Source of the DNA: an uncultured Acidobacteriota bacterium
Lineage (GTDB): Bacteria; Acidobacteriota; UBA6911
Length of the DNA stretch: 64,000 nucleotides
NCBI GenBank assembly: GCA_963843575.1
Contig: CAWJKZ010000018.1
Location: 32,001 to 96,000 of the forward strand
Direction: 5' to 3'
Part shown: positions 47,013 through 57,049 of the stretch, piece after piece
Layout: each line of letters begins with the position of its first letter
How positions within the stretch are numbered: the first letter of the stretch is position 1
Notes under the pieces: model-generated
What the model was told of the DNA's origin: nothing
The model's input: only the letters and a program-made list of their open reading frames with translations
Databases searched by the model: none
Made by a program: the position numbers and the translations under genes

Positions 47013-48590
47013 CTAGACCCCTTTGCGCCAACCGGGGTCGTCGAACGTTCGGAGCGTGATGCTGAACGTGCCGTCCGGGTTGAGGGGCTGGGCGCAGGCC
47101 CAGCGCACCGGGCGCCGGACGCCCTTGGTTTCGATCTCCGCCCTGAGGTTCATCTTCTGGCCTTCCATCCCCTTGGGCAGAACGAATGACGCCTCGCGGA
47201 TGCGCGCGCCATAGGGGTGCCCGGCATCCAAGCCGCCGCCGATACTCACCCTCTTGTCTTCGCTCTCCACGTAGAGGCGCAGTATGCCGGGCACTCCGGC
47301 CACGCCGTCGTTGGCGATGCCGAGGATGATTTCGCTCGTTCCGTAGCGCTTGCGCTGCCAGACCCAGGAAGGCCGCACGCGATAGCCCATGCGCCGATGC
47401 AGGGTGTCGAATGCGTTGGGGTATTTCTTGTAGTAGGCCAGCAGGTTGTCGGCCTCGGTCCAGAGCGCCCAGTAGTTGGCATTCAGGTCCAGGACGTGCA
47501 TCGCACCGTTCTCCCGGTCGCTGATGCCGGCCGCATCGAAGCGCAGCGAGGCGGGATCGTAGTGCCGGTTGCCCCCCTCCTCCATGACCACCGCCAGCCA
47601 TGGAGGCCGGTTGGCCAGGTTCTCCACCTGTACGGCCTCCTCGATGGCCACCGTGCTGTCGGAACGCAACCACTCGCCGGCGCGGACGCACATATCCTGC
47701 ACCTCGCGGTTGCCGACCGAGCTGATATCCGGCTCGGTGTTGACCGCCAGCGGGACCTTCTTCCAGGTCTCCATCTGGATGCGGGTCATCTCCACAAAGG
47801 TCTTCTCGGCCGTTACGTAGTCGGGGAACGGATTGGGCAGCCGGTTGGTGTGAGCTTCTCCCCAGAAGCCGTACATCATCAGGTCCATGAACTCGACCAG
47901 CGGGTTGTTGCCGTATTCCGCCGCCATCAGTTCGTTTAGCTCGCGGAAGGCCTTCTGAAACTCCGGGTGATCGTAGCGCGGCTCGACGTAGTCCCAATCC
48001 TGCGGCTTCTGGGATCTCTCACCGCGGTTCTTGCCGATCTTCACCAGGGGCACCTTTTTCTGGAGGAAGTCCGGCAGGGCAAGCTGCTTGGGCTGGAATT
48101 CGGGGGTTGAGAGCTGTATCCGGAAGGCCACCCGGAGGTGGTACTGCTTGGCCGCCGCGAAGGCGAGCTCCCATACGGGTCCCAGGCTGAGCTTGCCCGG
48201 CTGGCTTTGCACGTCGCGCCAGTCGCAACGGATATATAGGACGTCGGCGAAGGGAAGGGCCCCGAGCGCGTCGACGGCCTTTTCCAGGGGCATCTTGCCC
48301 GCGCGTACCGCCCGCGTGGGGCCGCCCTCCTCCCAGGCATAGGGAACCAGCCCGGTGCCGAAATTCTTGACGTGGGCGTTGGACGGCGTGCTGGACGCGA
48401 TCACCTGCCACCCCTCGTCCTGCTCGACACCGAACGGGCCCTGGTTGAGACGATCTCGCGGCGCCGGGCCGGGACCGAAGTCATATCCGGCCCAGAGATG
48501 ATCGGGAACATCCGCTCGCGTCACTTTGGAGGTCGTGGCCGCAGCCAGCGCGGCCGCGCTGGCTACCTTCATGAACTCACGGCGAATCAT
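47013..48590 (-). CDS. Tat-exported uncharacterised protein (putative GH-A-like TIM barrel), paralogue of 51333-52904
   Basis: IRREFMK leader, YIRCDWRDVQ, DLMMYGFWGEAH, WLRSDS, NYWALW, MGYRVRP. Confidence 0.85.
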   Translation of the reverse strand: MIRREFMKVASAAALAAATTSKVTRADVPDHLWAGYDFGPGPAPRDRLNQGPFGVEQDEGWQVIASSTPSNAHVKNFGTGLVPYAWEEGGPTRAVRAGKMPLEKAVDALGALPFADVLYIRCDWRDVQSQPGKLSLGPVWELAFAAAKQYHLRVAFRIQLSTPEFQPKQLALPDFLQKKVPLVKIGKNRGERSQKPQDWDYVEPRYDHPEFQKAFRELNELMAAEYGNNPLVEFMDLMMYGFWGEAHTNRLPNPFPDYVTAEKTFVEMTRIQMETWKKVPLAVNTEPDISSVGNREVQDMCVRAGEWLRSDSTVAIEEAVQVENLANRPPWLAVVMEEGGNRHYDPASLRFDAAGISDRENGAMHVLDLNANYWALWTEADNLLAYYKKYPNAFDTLHRRMGYRVRPSWVWQRKRYGTSEIILGIANDGVAGVPGILRLYVESEDKRVSIGGGLDAGHPYGARIREASFVLPKGMEGQKMNLRAEIETKGVRRPVRWACAQPLNPDGTFSITLRTFDDPGWRKGV

Positions 48591-48689
48591 AGTATCAGCT
48601 CCTCTGTTATGCCTGTGGAAAGAGCGCGTCAATAGATCCTTGTGTGCCCGCTTAAGTTATCGATTGTATCAGATACAATCGGCTATCGG

Positions 48690-48808
48690 AACAGAACCCA
48701 GATTCAGCGGATCCAACGGATTCACGCGGATCGGCCGTGTCCGGCATTCCATCGATCCGTGGGGATCCGCGCGCATCCGCGTCCTGAAAATTACGCTGGC
48801 GTATTTGG
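48690..48808 (+). repeat. REP-like repeat family A, full-length copy
   Basis: AACAGAACCCAGATTCAGCGGATCCAACGGATTCACGCGGATCG...GGGGATCCGCGCGCATCCGCGTCCTG...TGGCGTATTTG. Confidence 0.85.
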
Positions 48809-48856
48809 GAAGATTAGGACTAAGGCGTAATCGCGGATGGGGCCGGTGGGTTAACA

Positions 48857-48890
48857 TGAAGCGCCGCAGATTTGAAGCGCCGCAGATTTG
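48857..48890 (+). repeat. 16-bp perfect tandem duplication
   Basis: TGAAGCGCCGCAGATT twice, in the divergent promoter region before the GH36 gene. Confidence 0.8.
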
Positions 48891-49016
48891 TCGTTGTGGG
48901 GTGCGGACCTGAGCCCGGTAAGATTGGCTGTTCTGATTTGGGCCCAATCGGCTGCGAGGACGAGCCGTTTTGCGCGTGCAGCCGGTTGGGCCCGCCGCGT
49001 GGGGAGGAACTTAACC

Positions 49017-51182
49017 ATGTCTCGAAACGTAGCTGCAATTGCCGCATTAATCATGCTCTCGGCCTCCGCGCGGGCTGCTTCCACGGTGAGCGTGGTCGTG
49101 AAGCCGGCGGGCCCCGTCCAGGTCAAAACGCCGGCGGCGGAGTTCCTGTTGCTGGCGTCCGGTTACCTCGAAGGCCGCTTGATTGAGAACGGGCGGCCGA
49201 TCACCCTGGACGAGCCCGCGCCGGGAGAGGCTGGCGACCTGCTGGTGAGCGGGGGAGCCCCGGTGGTATTCGAGCCGCTCGATTTCCGCCATGCCAGGCT
49301 AACGGACCCCCGCGCTGGGATAGGCAGGCAAGGCAGGCGGATTGAGGTGACCGCCAGGCAGAGCGGCTCGGCCGGATTGGAGAAGACCCTCGCGCTGGAG
49401 GTGTACGACGACTTTCCCAAGGCGGCATTCCTCACTATCAGCTACCGCAACGCAGGGAAGACCGCCGTCAAGCTGGACCAGATCGTACTGCAGCGGCGCC
49501 GCCTCAACGCGGCGCTGACGGAACCCGCCGCGCCTCCCTTCCAGATGTGGTCGTTCCAGGGCTCTGCGTCCAAGTGGGGCGCCGACGACGTCCTCCCGCT
49601 CGCCAAGGGTTTCTCCCAGCCCAACCTGGTGGGGGCGACCCTGCCGAGCGGCGGCGAGGGCGGCGGCATCCCGGTGGTGGCGTTCTGGACGCGCACCGGC
49701 GGGACTGCCATAGGACACGTGGAGCCCCGCGCCGAGACGCTGTCGCTCCCCGTGCAGGTGGCCGGCGATGGCCGCGTGGCGGCGTCCGTGCGCATCGACG
49801 CGGGCGCCACCTTGCAGCCGGGTGGGCGTTTCTCCACTCCACGGACCTTCCTGGCGGTGTTCTCCGGCGACTATTACGAGCCTGTGAGCATGTGGTCGGC
49901 GATCCTGCAACGCCAGGCGTGGCAGCCGGCCCAATCCCCGGAGGGCGCCTACGAGGCCAACTGGTGCGGTTGGGGATATCTCGGCACCGTGACCCCCGAC
50001 CAGATGGTTAAGACCATCCCCAAGCTCAAGGAATTCGGAATCAAGTGGGCCACCCTCGACGCCGGCTGGTACGACGTCTCCGGCGACTGGTATCCGAATC
50101 CCGAGACCTTTGGGGGCGACGCGGTGCGGCGCACGGTGGATGAGTTCCACCGGAACGGCATCCGCATTACCGTCTGGTGGGCGCCCATCGAGGCGGCCGA
50201 CGGCCAAGGCCGCAGGCGGGGAGGCCGGGGAACCGCCTCCAAGGTCGCGCAAGCTCATCCGGAGTGGCTGATCCAGGACGCCGCCGGAAAGCGCGCGGGG
50301 CTCCGCAACAACAGCCTGGCCGCCCTGTGCCCCGCCCTTCCCGAGGTGCAGGCGTACTTCCGCGGCGTGACCGAGAGGCTGATCCGCGACTACGACTTCG
50401 ACGGTTCCAAGATGGACGGCATTTACTCCGTGCCCCGCTGCTATAACCCCGCCCACCATCACAGGAGCCCGGACGATTCGGTGTACGCGATGGCCGATGT
50501 TTACCGAATCATCCTGGAGACGTCACGGGCGATAAAACCTTACAGCGTGACGCAGATCTGCCCGTGCGGGACCACTCCCAACCTCGCCTGGCTGCCTTTC
50601 GAAGACCAGTCCGTGACCGCCGACCCGGTGGGCTCCGTGCAGGTGCGGCGGCGCATCAAGCTCTATAAGGCGCTGCTGGGGCCGCGCTCGGCGGTTTACG
50701 GCGATCACGTGGAATTGAGCAAGATCCGGTTCGATCCCGACCGGGAGGTGGATCTCGGCGAGGATTTCGCCTCCACCGTGGGAACCGGCGGCGTGGTGGG
50801 TACAAAGTTCAACTGGCCTGACTACGGGCCGCGCTTCGACGACGTGACCCTCACGCCGCGCAAGGAAGCGATCTGGAAGAAGTGGATTCCTCTCTACAAC
50901 TCGCTGATGCTTTCCAGGGGTACGTTCTTGAACCTCTATACCATCGGTTACGACACGCCGGAAGGATACGCCATCGCCAAGGACGGCAAGATGTACTACG
51001 CCTTCTACGTGGGCGAGGCTCAGCAATGGGAGGGCACGCTCGAGCTGCGCGGGCTGGAGGGAGGCAAGTACCGCGTGTTCGACTACGTGAACCAAAAGGT
51101 CCTGGGGACCGTGGACGCCTCCGCCCCCAGGCTCTCCGCCAGGTTCACCGAGAGCCTGCTTCTGGAATTGTCGCGTCAGTAG
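49017..51182 (+). CDS. Alpha-galactosidase (GH36)
   Basis: Signal peptide, WCGWGY, TLDAGW...GDW, VWWAP, FDGSKMD (nucleophile KxD), QICPCG. RBS GGAGG. Confidence 0.9.
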   Translation: MSRNVAAIAALIMLSASARAASTVSVVVKPAGPVQVKTPAAEFLLLASGYLEGRLIENGRPITLDEPAPGEAGDLLVSGGAPVVFEPLDFRHARLTDPRAGIGRQGRRIEVTARQSGSAGLEKTLALEVYDDFPKAAFLTISYRNAGKTAVKLDQIVLQRRRLNAALTEPAAPPFQMWSFQGSASKWGADDVLPLAKGFSQPNLVGATLPSGGEGGGIPVVAFWTRTGGTAIGHVEPRAETLSLPVQVAGDGRVAASVRIDAGATLQPGGRFSTPRTFLAVFSGDYYEPVSMWSAILQRQAWQPAQSPEGAYEANWCGWGYLGTVTPDQMVKTIPKLKEFGIKWATLDAGWYDVSGDWYPNPETFGGDAVRRTVDEFHRNGIRITVWWAPIEAADGQGRRRGGRGTASKVAQAHPEWLIQDAAGKRAGLRNNSLAALCPALPEVQAYFRGVTERLIRDYDFDGSKMDGIYSVPRCYNPAHHHRSPDDSVYAMADVYRIILETSRAIKPYSVTQICPCGTTPNLAWLPFEDQSVTADPVGSVQVRRRIKLYKALLGPRSAVYGDHVELSKIRFDPDREVDLGEDFASTVGTGGVVGTKFNWPDYGPRFDDVTLTPRKEAIWKKWIPLYNSLMLSRGTFLNLYTIGYDTPEGYAIAKDGKMYYAFYVGEAQQWEGTLELRGLEGGKYRVFDYVNQKVLGTVDASAPRLSARFTESLLLELSRQ

Positions 51183-51332
51183 CGGCTGCGGCTCCTGGAT
51201 CAGGGCGATACCTGTCTTTCTAATGGAGGCATGTTTCGGATTTGGCCCTCCAGAGCGAATTCCGCCCGCGTCCGCACTCCCACGATATCGTGCCGAATTC
51301 CGGAAAGGTATCGAAACGGCCCAGCTTCGGTC

Positions 51333-52904
51333 CTAGCCTCCGGCGCTGCTGCCGCGCAGCTGAAAGCTGAATGAGCCGTCCGGGTTCACGGGCTCGGAGC
51401 AGGCCCAGCGGACAGGCCTGCGGATTCCCCCCTTCGTTTCAATCTCGGCGCGAATGATCATTTTCTGCTCGCTCGCGCCTTTCGGGAGGAGGAACGAAGC
51501 CTGCCTCAGACGGCCCCCATAGGGGTGCCCGGCATCCAGGCCGCCGCCGACTTTGATTTTCCCGTCCGGGCTCTCAACGTATATCCTAAGCACGCCGGGA
51601 ACGCCGGCCACGCCGTCGTTGGCCACCGCCACAATCACTTCGACAGTATCGTAACGTTTTCTTTGCCAGATCCATGATGGGCGAACCCTGTACCCCATTC
51701 TCTGCCGCAGCATGTCGAACGAACGGGGGAATCTCTCGTAATACTGTTTGAGGTTGTCCGCCTCTGTCCACAGTGCCCAGTAATTGGCTCCGAGATCAAG
51801 CACATGGAGTGCCGCCTTTTCGCGATACCTCGCGTCCACTCTGTCCCGGGCAGACCGGGTCGATTGCTGCTCTTCGATCAGGTGATGGCGGTTTCTCCCA
51901 TCCTCCATGAACACTGCCAGCCACGGGGGACGATTTGACAGTTCTTCTATCTGGATCGGTTCGTCGCCGATGATGCTATCCGAGCGCAGCCAGCATCCTG
52001 CGCGCACCGCCATGTCCTGCACTTCGCGGTTGCCGACCTGGTTGTTGTCCGGTTGTGTATTGACCACCAGCGGTGTCTTCTTCCAAGTCTCGAGCTGGAA
52101 CCGGGTCATCTCGACAAACGTCTTCTCCGCCGTCAGGTAATCGGGGAAGGGCTTGGGCAGCTCCAGAGTGTGGCCTTCCCCCCACCACCCATACATCATG
52201 AGATCCATGAACTCCAGAAGCGGGTTCCCGTCATACTCAGCGGCCAATAGCTCGTTTAACTCCCTGAAGGCCTTCTGAAATTCAGGGTGGTGGTACTGGG
52301 GTTCGATGTATTCGATTCCGCCGCGAGAGTGACTCGATCCTGCGGGGAGGGAACCCACCTTGACCACGGGGGCCTTCTCCCTCAGGAAATCGGGAATGGA
52401 AATGTTTTTCGGCTGTATGTTGGGACTGGACATCTGGATCCGGAACCCCACCCTGAGGTTGTGGGCCTTGGCTGCGTCGAAAGTCAGCTTCCAGATCGGA
52501 TGGAGATCGAGCCTGCCCGGAGCCTTCTGCACGTCGCGCCAGTCGCACCGGATATAGAGGAGATCCAGGAAGGGCAATGAGGCCAGCTTCTCGACGTGTT
52601 GCTCGAGGGTTTCTTTCCCCGCTCGTGCAGCCAGTGACGGCCCATTTTCTTCCCAAGTGTAGCCGGTCAATCCCAAACCGTAGTTCTTGACAGGCTGATC
52701 GGAGATCGTGGTGTATTCGATCGTTCGCTCGCCGCCTCCCTGGTCCGTGCCGAAGGGCCCCTGGTTCAGGCGATCGGTCACGCGGGGACCCGGGCCGAAG
52801 TCGTAGCCGTCCCACCTGTGGTCGGGTACGTCGGGACGGCCGCTGCGCGCAGATCCCCAAAATGCCAGACCGGCTCCCGCCTTGATGAAGCTGCGTCTTT
52901 GCAT
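51333..52904 (-). CDS. Tat-exported uncharacterised protein, paralogue of 47013-48590
   Basis: QRRSFIK leader and the same motifs (YIRCDWRDVQ, DLMMYGWWGEGH, NYWALWTEADNL). Confidence 0.85.
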   Translation of the reverse strand: MQRRSFIKAGAGLAFWGSARSGRPDVPDHRWDGYDFGPGPRVTDRLNQGPFGTDQGGGERTIEYTTISDQPVKNYGLGLTGYTWEENGPSLAARAGKETLEQHVEKLASLPFLDLLYIRCDWRDVQKAPGRLDLHPIWKLTFDAAKAHNLRVGFRIQMSSPNIQPKNISIPDFLREKAPVVKVGSLPAGSSHSRGGIEYIEPQYHHPEFQKAFRELNELLAAEYDGNPLLEFMDLMMYGWWGEGHTLELPKPFPDYLTAEKTFVEMTRFQLETWKKTPLVVNTQPDNNQVGNREVQDMAVRAGCWLRSDSIIGDEPIQIEELSNRPPWLAVFMEDGRNRHHLIEEQQSTRSARDRVDARYREKAALHVLDLGANYWALWTEADNLKQYYERFPRSFDMLRQRMGYRVRPSWIWQRKRYDTVEVIVAVANDGVAGVPGVLRIYVESPDGKIKVGGGLDAGHPYGGRLRQASFLLPKGASEQKMIIRAEIETKGGIRRPVRWACSEPVNPDGSFSFQLRGSSAGG

Positions 52905-52953
52905 CGTGTTTCCCTCCCTCGTTCGAATATCACCCGGCGGAGAGCATGCGGGT

Positions 52954-55163
52954 TCACTCATCCGCAAGTTTGCCCCGAAGCACGATGATCGATGCCTTGG
53001 GAAGCTGGTAGGTCGTGTCTACGCCGGCGGCCGTTACGGTCGACTTGGAGGGGGGGCCGTCCGGGTCGGCGTGGCCAGTGCCGCCGCGACGGTTCCCGCC
53101 CCCCTGGGGTGCAGCATCTGTAAGGGCCGGGTCGGGGTGCCACTGGTATTCAGCCGCGCCGAACACCACACGGTCGACCGTGCCTGAGAAGAACACGATT
53201 CCGGGCGCCGACCGGATCGGCGAACGTCACATTCACGGAGTGGGCGTTGTCGCGGTCCTTGTTGACCAGCATCAGGGACCATTGCCCGTCGGGCCGCTCT
53301 ACGGCATAGGCCGTCACCAGGGTGTGCCCGTCCTTGTCCTTCACGTCGCTCGATGCTTTGTAAAGCTTGTGGATGGCATCAACAGGCTGTACCCATTCCT
53401 TGGTGATCACCTGCGTCGCCAGGTACTGCGGCGTGTAGCTGGTGACGCGATTGTTTTCGTCGATCGGCAGGAAGCCGCCGCCGCCTCGGTTCTGCGATGC
53501 CATGTAGTGGAAGTAGTAGGTGCCGCCGGCGCCGGCGGTCATCATGGATCCGATATAGTCGGCGAGCCAGAGGGCCGCCTTGACGGTGCCGGCTCACGTT
53601 GTCGCGCAGGTCGTTGCCCTCGGTCATGAAAAAGGGCACATTGGGCGGCAAGCCGTTATCCTTCCAGGCTTGAATCACGTGGTTGACGTTGTCCGGCTCG
53701 TCATACAGGGAGCTCCAATCGGCGCAGCTCCTGTTGAAGCAGGGATAGTGCTCGAAGGAGAAGAACGTGAAATCCTGCAGGTGGCCGCGGGCCTTGAGGT
53801 AGTCCAGGAACCGGCCCGTGAACGAGACTCTTCCGTTGGCGTCTGCCCAGGAATCGACGTCGGCCGGCGTCCCCTCGTAGGACGGCCCGCCCAAGGGCGC
53901 GTCGGGCACGAGCTTGTGAATGGCCCTGGCGAACTGGATGTACAGGGTGGCATAGTCCTCCGGGAGCACGCGCTGCCCGTCGGCCTCCTCTCCCACTTCG
54001 ATGTGCGAGATCGGATACCCTCGCTTGTACAGGTACGCGATCTCGTTGGCCGCATCCTCCGGTATCGTGTAGAGAAGCGCGACGGGCACCATGGTGGGGA
54101 GACCGCGCGTTACGCCGCAGTTGAAGAAGAAGTCGAGCCCGATTTGGTCCCCTCTTCCGTAGTCCAGGTCGGACGCAGCATGCCACGGGTCGACCGAGGA
54201 GGGCCACGTGATGGTCTGCTGCCTGCTTGGCAGGTGCTTGACGATGTCGGTGAACTGGCCGTCGGCCGACGCGGTCCCGATATAGAGTTCGTTGATGGCG
54301 TATCCCACGCAATTGCGCTTGTCTTGCGAACCATGCGTGTCGCAGGTATTGGACGATTCCGTCATCCAGATGCGCAGGTATTGCAGCGGGATCTTCCAGC
54401 TCACCAGCTTGAGGAGGGCAGTCCCGCCCTTACCATCGTTGATCGCGCCCAACGGAAAGGTCTGCCAGGTCCCCTTGTTGATCCCCTCGTAGAAGGGCTC
54501 CTGTTCGCCCGTCCAGAACTGTACGTAATAGCGTCTGGCGTAAGGGTTGGCCCACGCGATCTTGATGGCGTTGATGTCCACCTTGGCGCCCAGGTCGATC
54601 ATCACCCATTGCGGGTGGAGAGCGTCGTACTCGCCCGTGAAGGCGCTGGTCAGGTAGGGATTGCTCTTCCAGTAGGATCCCAGGTTGCCGTCGGTCAAGC
54701 GCGACCAGCCGTTGCCGTCGCCCAGGGTGGCGCCGCGATGAGGGAGGGGGTATGCCCAGGAGTGACGGATCTGTTCGGGGGTCGGCTCCGCGCTGCCCGT
54801 AAAATAGCCCTCTTGCCTGGCCGCATTGCTCCAGGTGCCGCGCGGATTCCAGTGCCACGCCTCGATCATCAATTCGGTGTTCTGGCGATAGGTCACGGTC
54901 TGCCAGCCTCCGCCCAGAAGGTCCTTGAGGACCGGGTCGGTCAGCATCCTCTCGGTATGCCTCTCGTTCTCCTCCCGGGTAGTGCCGCCTCGCAACCGGT
55001 CAATTCCCCCTCCGAGCGCACGAAAAGGACTGAACGAATTCACCGCGTGGGACGGCGCTGCGTCCACCACGATACTCTGCGCGTTCGCCATTCCGGCCAG
55101 CCAGAGGAAGAGGCTGACACCAAGACTCATTCCGAGCACTCGCCGTCTCCTGACCGCTGACAT
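52954..55163 (-). CDS. Secreted discoidin (F5/8 type C, CBM32-like) domain glycoside hydrolase, two frameshifts (about 53590 and 53190)
   Basis: RLTDG...YWKS...QWVMIDLG...IKIAW domain, EVGEE, FFMTE. Coherent protein continues in ORFs 53150-53545 and 52954-53196 (YQLPKASIIVLRG). Confidence 0.8.
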
Positions 55164-55553
55164 AATCCCTCCTGGATCACCGCGAACTGCCGAACGTGTG
55201 ATGCGCGCCGGGCCGCCTGGGCAGGATTCGTACTCCGGCTCTTGCGTCGACCGGCGACACCGGACCGAGAACAGGATGTATCGCCAGGAGCGGCCGCGCT
55301 GTGGATCTTACTCCCTCGAATGCGGCGTTCGACCGCTGTCCCCGGACTCGGCGATGAACCGCAGCAGGATCGTGCCGAAGCTAGCGCCGGCGGGATGAAA
55401 CTGCAAGCGGTTTGTATGGAAATGAATGCCGCAGTGCGCCGGCGGCGATGTCCAGTCGATCCTGCTTATCTGCCCTGCGGGTGGAGGTGACAATCGTGCC
55501 GCGGAGCGCTCGTATTCGGACAAGGCGTGGTCTCTTCCAGGCATCGGCGCGGA

Positions 55554-56690
55554 TTACAGTCGCAGGATCCGGATTTCCTTGAACTCCAGCCAGCTCCCCG
55601 GACGGTGCGCCTGCAGTTCGATGTGGCCCTCCTCCCGGTTTTCCAGGCCATCGTATTCCAGAACCGTATCGCCGTTCACCCGCACCGTGCATCGGGGTCC
55701 CTCAAGCCGCACCTGCATGGGGAACCACTTTTCGTCTGCGATCCGGGGGTAGATGGACCTCTTGTGGTAATAGAGGGAGCCTGTCGGAAAATGTGCGTCT
55801 TCCACGTTGTGCAACTGGATCTCGTAGTAGCGGGAACCGGACAGCCCTTTGCCCTCGGAGCGGACCAGGATTCCGCCGTTGTGCTCCTTGGGGCCGCGCA
55901 CGAACAGCGACAGCTCGAAGTCGCGGAACTTGTCCCGGGTGGCCAGGTGTCCCCCGCCGCCGGCCCGGATCACGCTGCCGAGGGCCTCAAATCGGGCCGG
56001 GGACTGCTTGGAGCTTTCGGAAACGAACCATTTCTGAAAGTCGCCTTCCGCCGCGTAGAGATTCTCCCAGGACTCCTGCCCCGGCAGTTCGCGGACGCGG
56101 AGGCCGCGGAAACGGATCGGGTAACCGAGCGCGCTGAGCCCGAGATGCCCCCTGCGAAATCGCCGAGCCAGTTCCGGGTGCGAAGCGAGATCCAGGTCCT
56201 GCACCGATTCGTCGTTCACCCAGACTTTCAAGCGCGGCCATTCCATCAGGATTCTCATCGTGTTCCAGGCGCCGTCGCTCTTGACGTTCACCGTCGAGGG
56301 CGCGACGAGCGGGAAGATCGCCCCCATGGAATTGGGCTGTGGGACCTTGTCGCGCTGGTGGAAGATCTTCACGAGCAGGCCGTTCGACGCCGGCCGGCCG
56401 TGACGCGGGGCGTGAAGGTAGACGCCTCCGTCGATCCAACCCCTCACGAAGAACTCGCAGCGGAAATCGAAATCGCCGTACTGCCGCTCCGAACGCAGCC
56501 ATGCTGGGTACTGCGAGGACTCCGACCCGACTATCGCACCCTCGAGGACGTAGAAGGCGGACTCCGGCCCCTCCTCGACACTCCAGCCTTGCAGCGACCG
56601 CCCGTCGAAAAGCTCGACCTCGCCGCCGGCTTGCGCAGCCATTGCAGCCGGGCACGCGGCCGCCACCCCGAGGAATTCACGCCTGTTCAT
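55554..56690 (-). CDS. Tandem DUF1080 protein, Tat-exported
   Basis: NRREFL leader and two DUF1080 repeats (ELFDGRSLQGW...WN...IRFRGLRVRE; FRDFEL...HNGG...YEIQ...GHIELQAH...FKEIRI). Confidence 0.9.
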   Translation of the reverse strand: MNRREFLGVAAACPAAMAAQAGGEVELFDGRSLQGWSVEEGPESAFYVLEGAIVGSESSQYPAWLRSERQYGDFDFRCEFFVRGWIDGGVYLHAPRHGRPASNGLLVKIFHQRDKVPQPNSMGAIFPLVAPSTVNVKSDGAWNTMRILMEWPRLKVWVNDESVQDLDLASHPELARRFRRGHLGLSALGYPIRFRGLRVRELPGQESWENLYAAEGDFQKWFVSESSKQSPARFEALGSVIRAGGGGHLATRDKFRDFELSLFVRGPKEHNGGILVRSEGKGLSGSRYYEIQLHNVEDAHFPTGSLYYHKRSIYPRIADEKWFPMQVRLEGPRCTVRVNGDTVLEYDGLENREEGHIELQAHRPGSWLEFKEIRILRL

Positions 56691-56855
56691 CTCATTTTCC
56701 TTTCGCTCGAGTCTTCGTCCCGCACGTCCCAAACCTGCGGCACGGATCCTGCCTTGTGTACCCCGGCCGCTGGCCAAAGTCAATCGTCCGGGCGAAACGC
56801 CAAGGGCGGCTTCTGCCCCCTAGCCACGAAGTAATCCCCGGCTCTCCGGCCGGCT

Positions 56856-56987
56856 CTCGCTGACGAGGATCAGGGGCGGGTCGGCGGGTAGCAGCGCGCC
56901 GCACCAGGCCGCGAACTGGCCGGCCAACCCGACGATGATCGCCCCGTGGATGTGGTCGGCACCGTACTGCGCCGACGGGCGGGCGTC
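56856..56987 (-). pseudogene. Internal fragment of a rhodanese domain (MBL-rhodanese fusion type)
   Basis: DARPSAQYGADHIHGAIIVGLAGQFAAWCGALL...LILV matches DxR...Y..GHIPG....GL.G.FA.W.G.LL. Only about 45 codons. Confidence 0.6.
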
Positions 56988-57049
56988 AGCCGCGGGACGG
57001 CCTCTGAAGCCCGGACGCACCTGGGAAAGCGAAAGGCGTGGTAAGACCG

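Noticed and set aside
46855-48808. Possible CRISPR array or integron attC sites
   Set aside because: Repeats are dispersed, about 90-120 bp, without regular spacers or cas genes. No RYYYAAC/GTTRRRY attC ends and no integron integrase.
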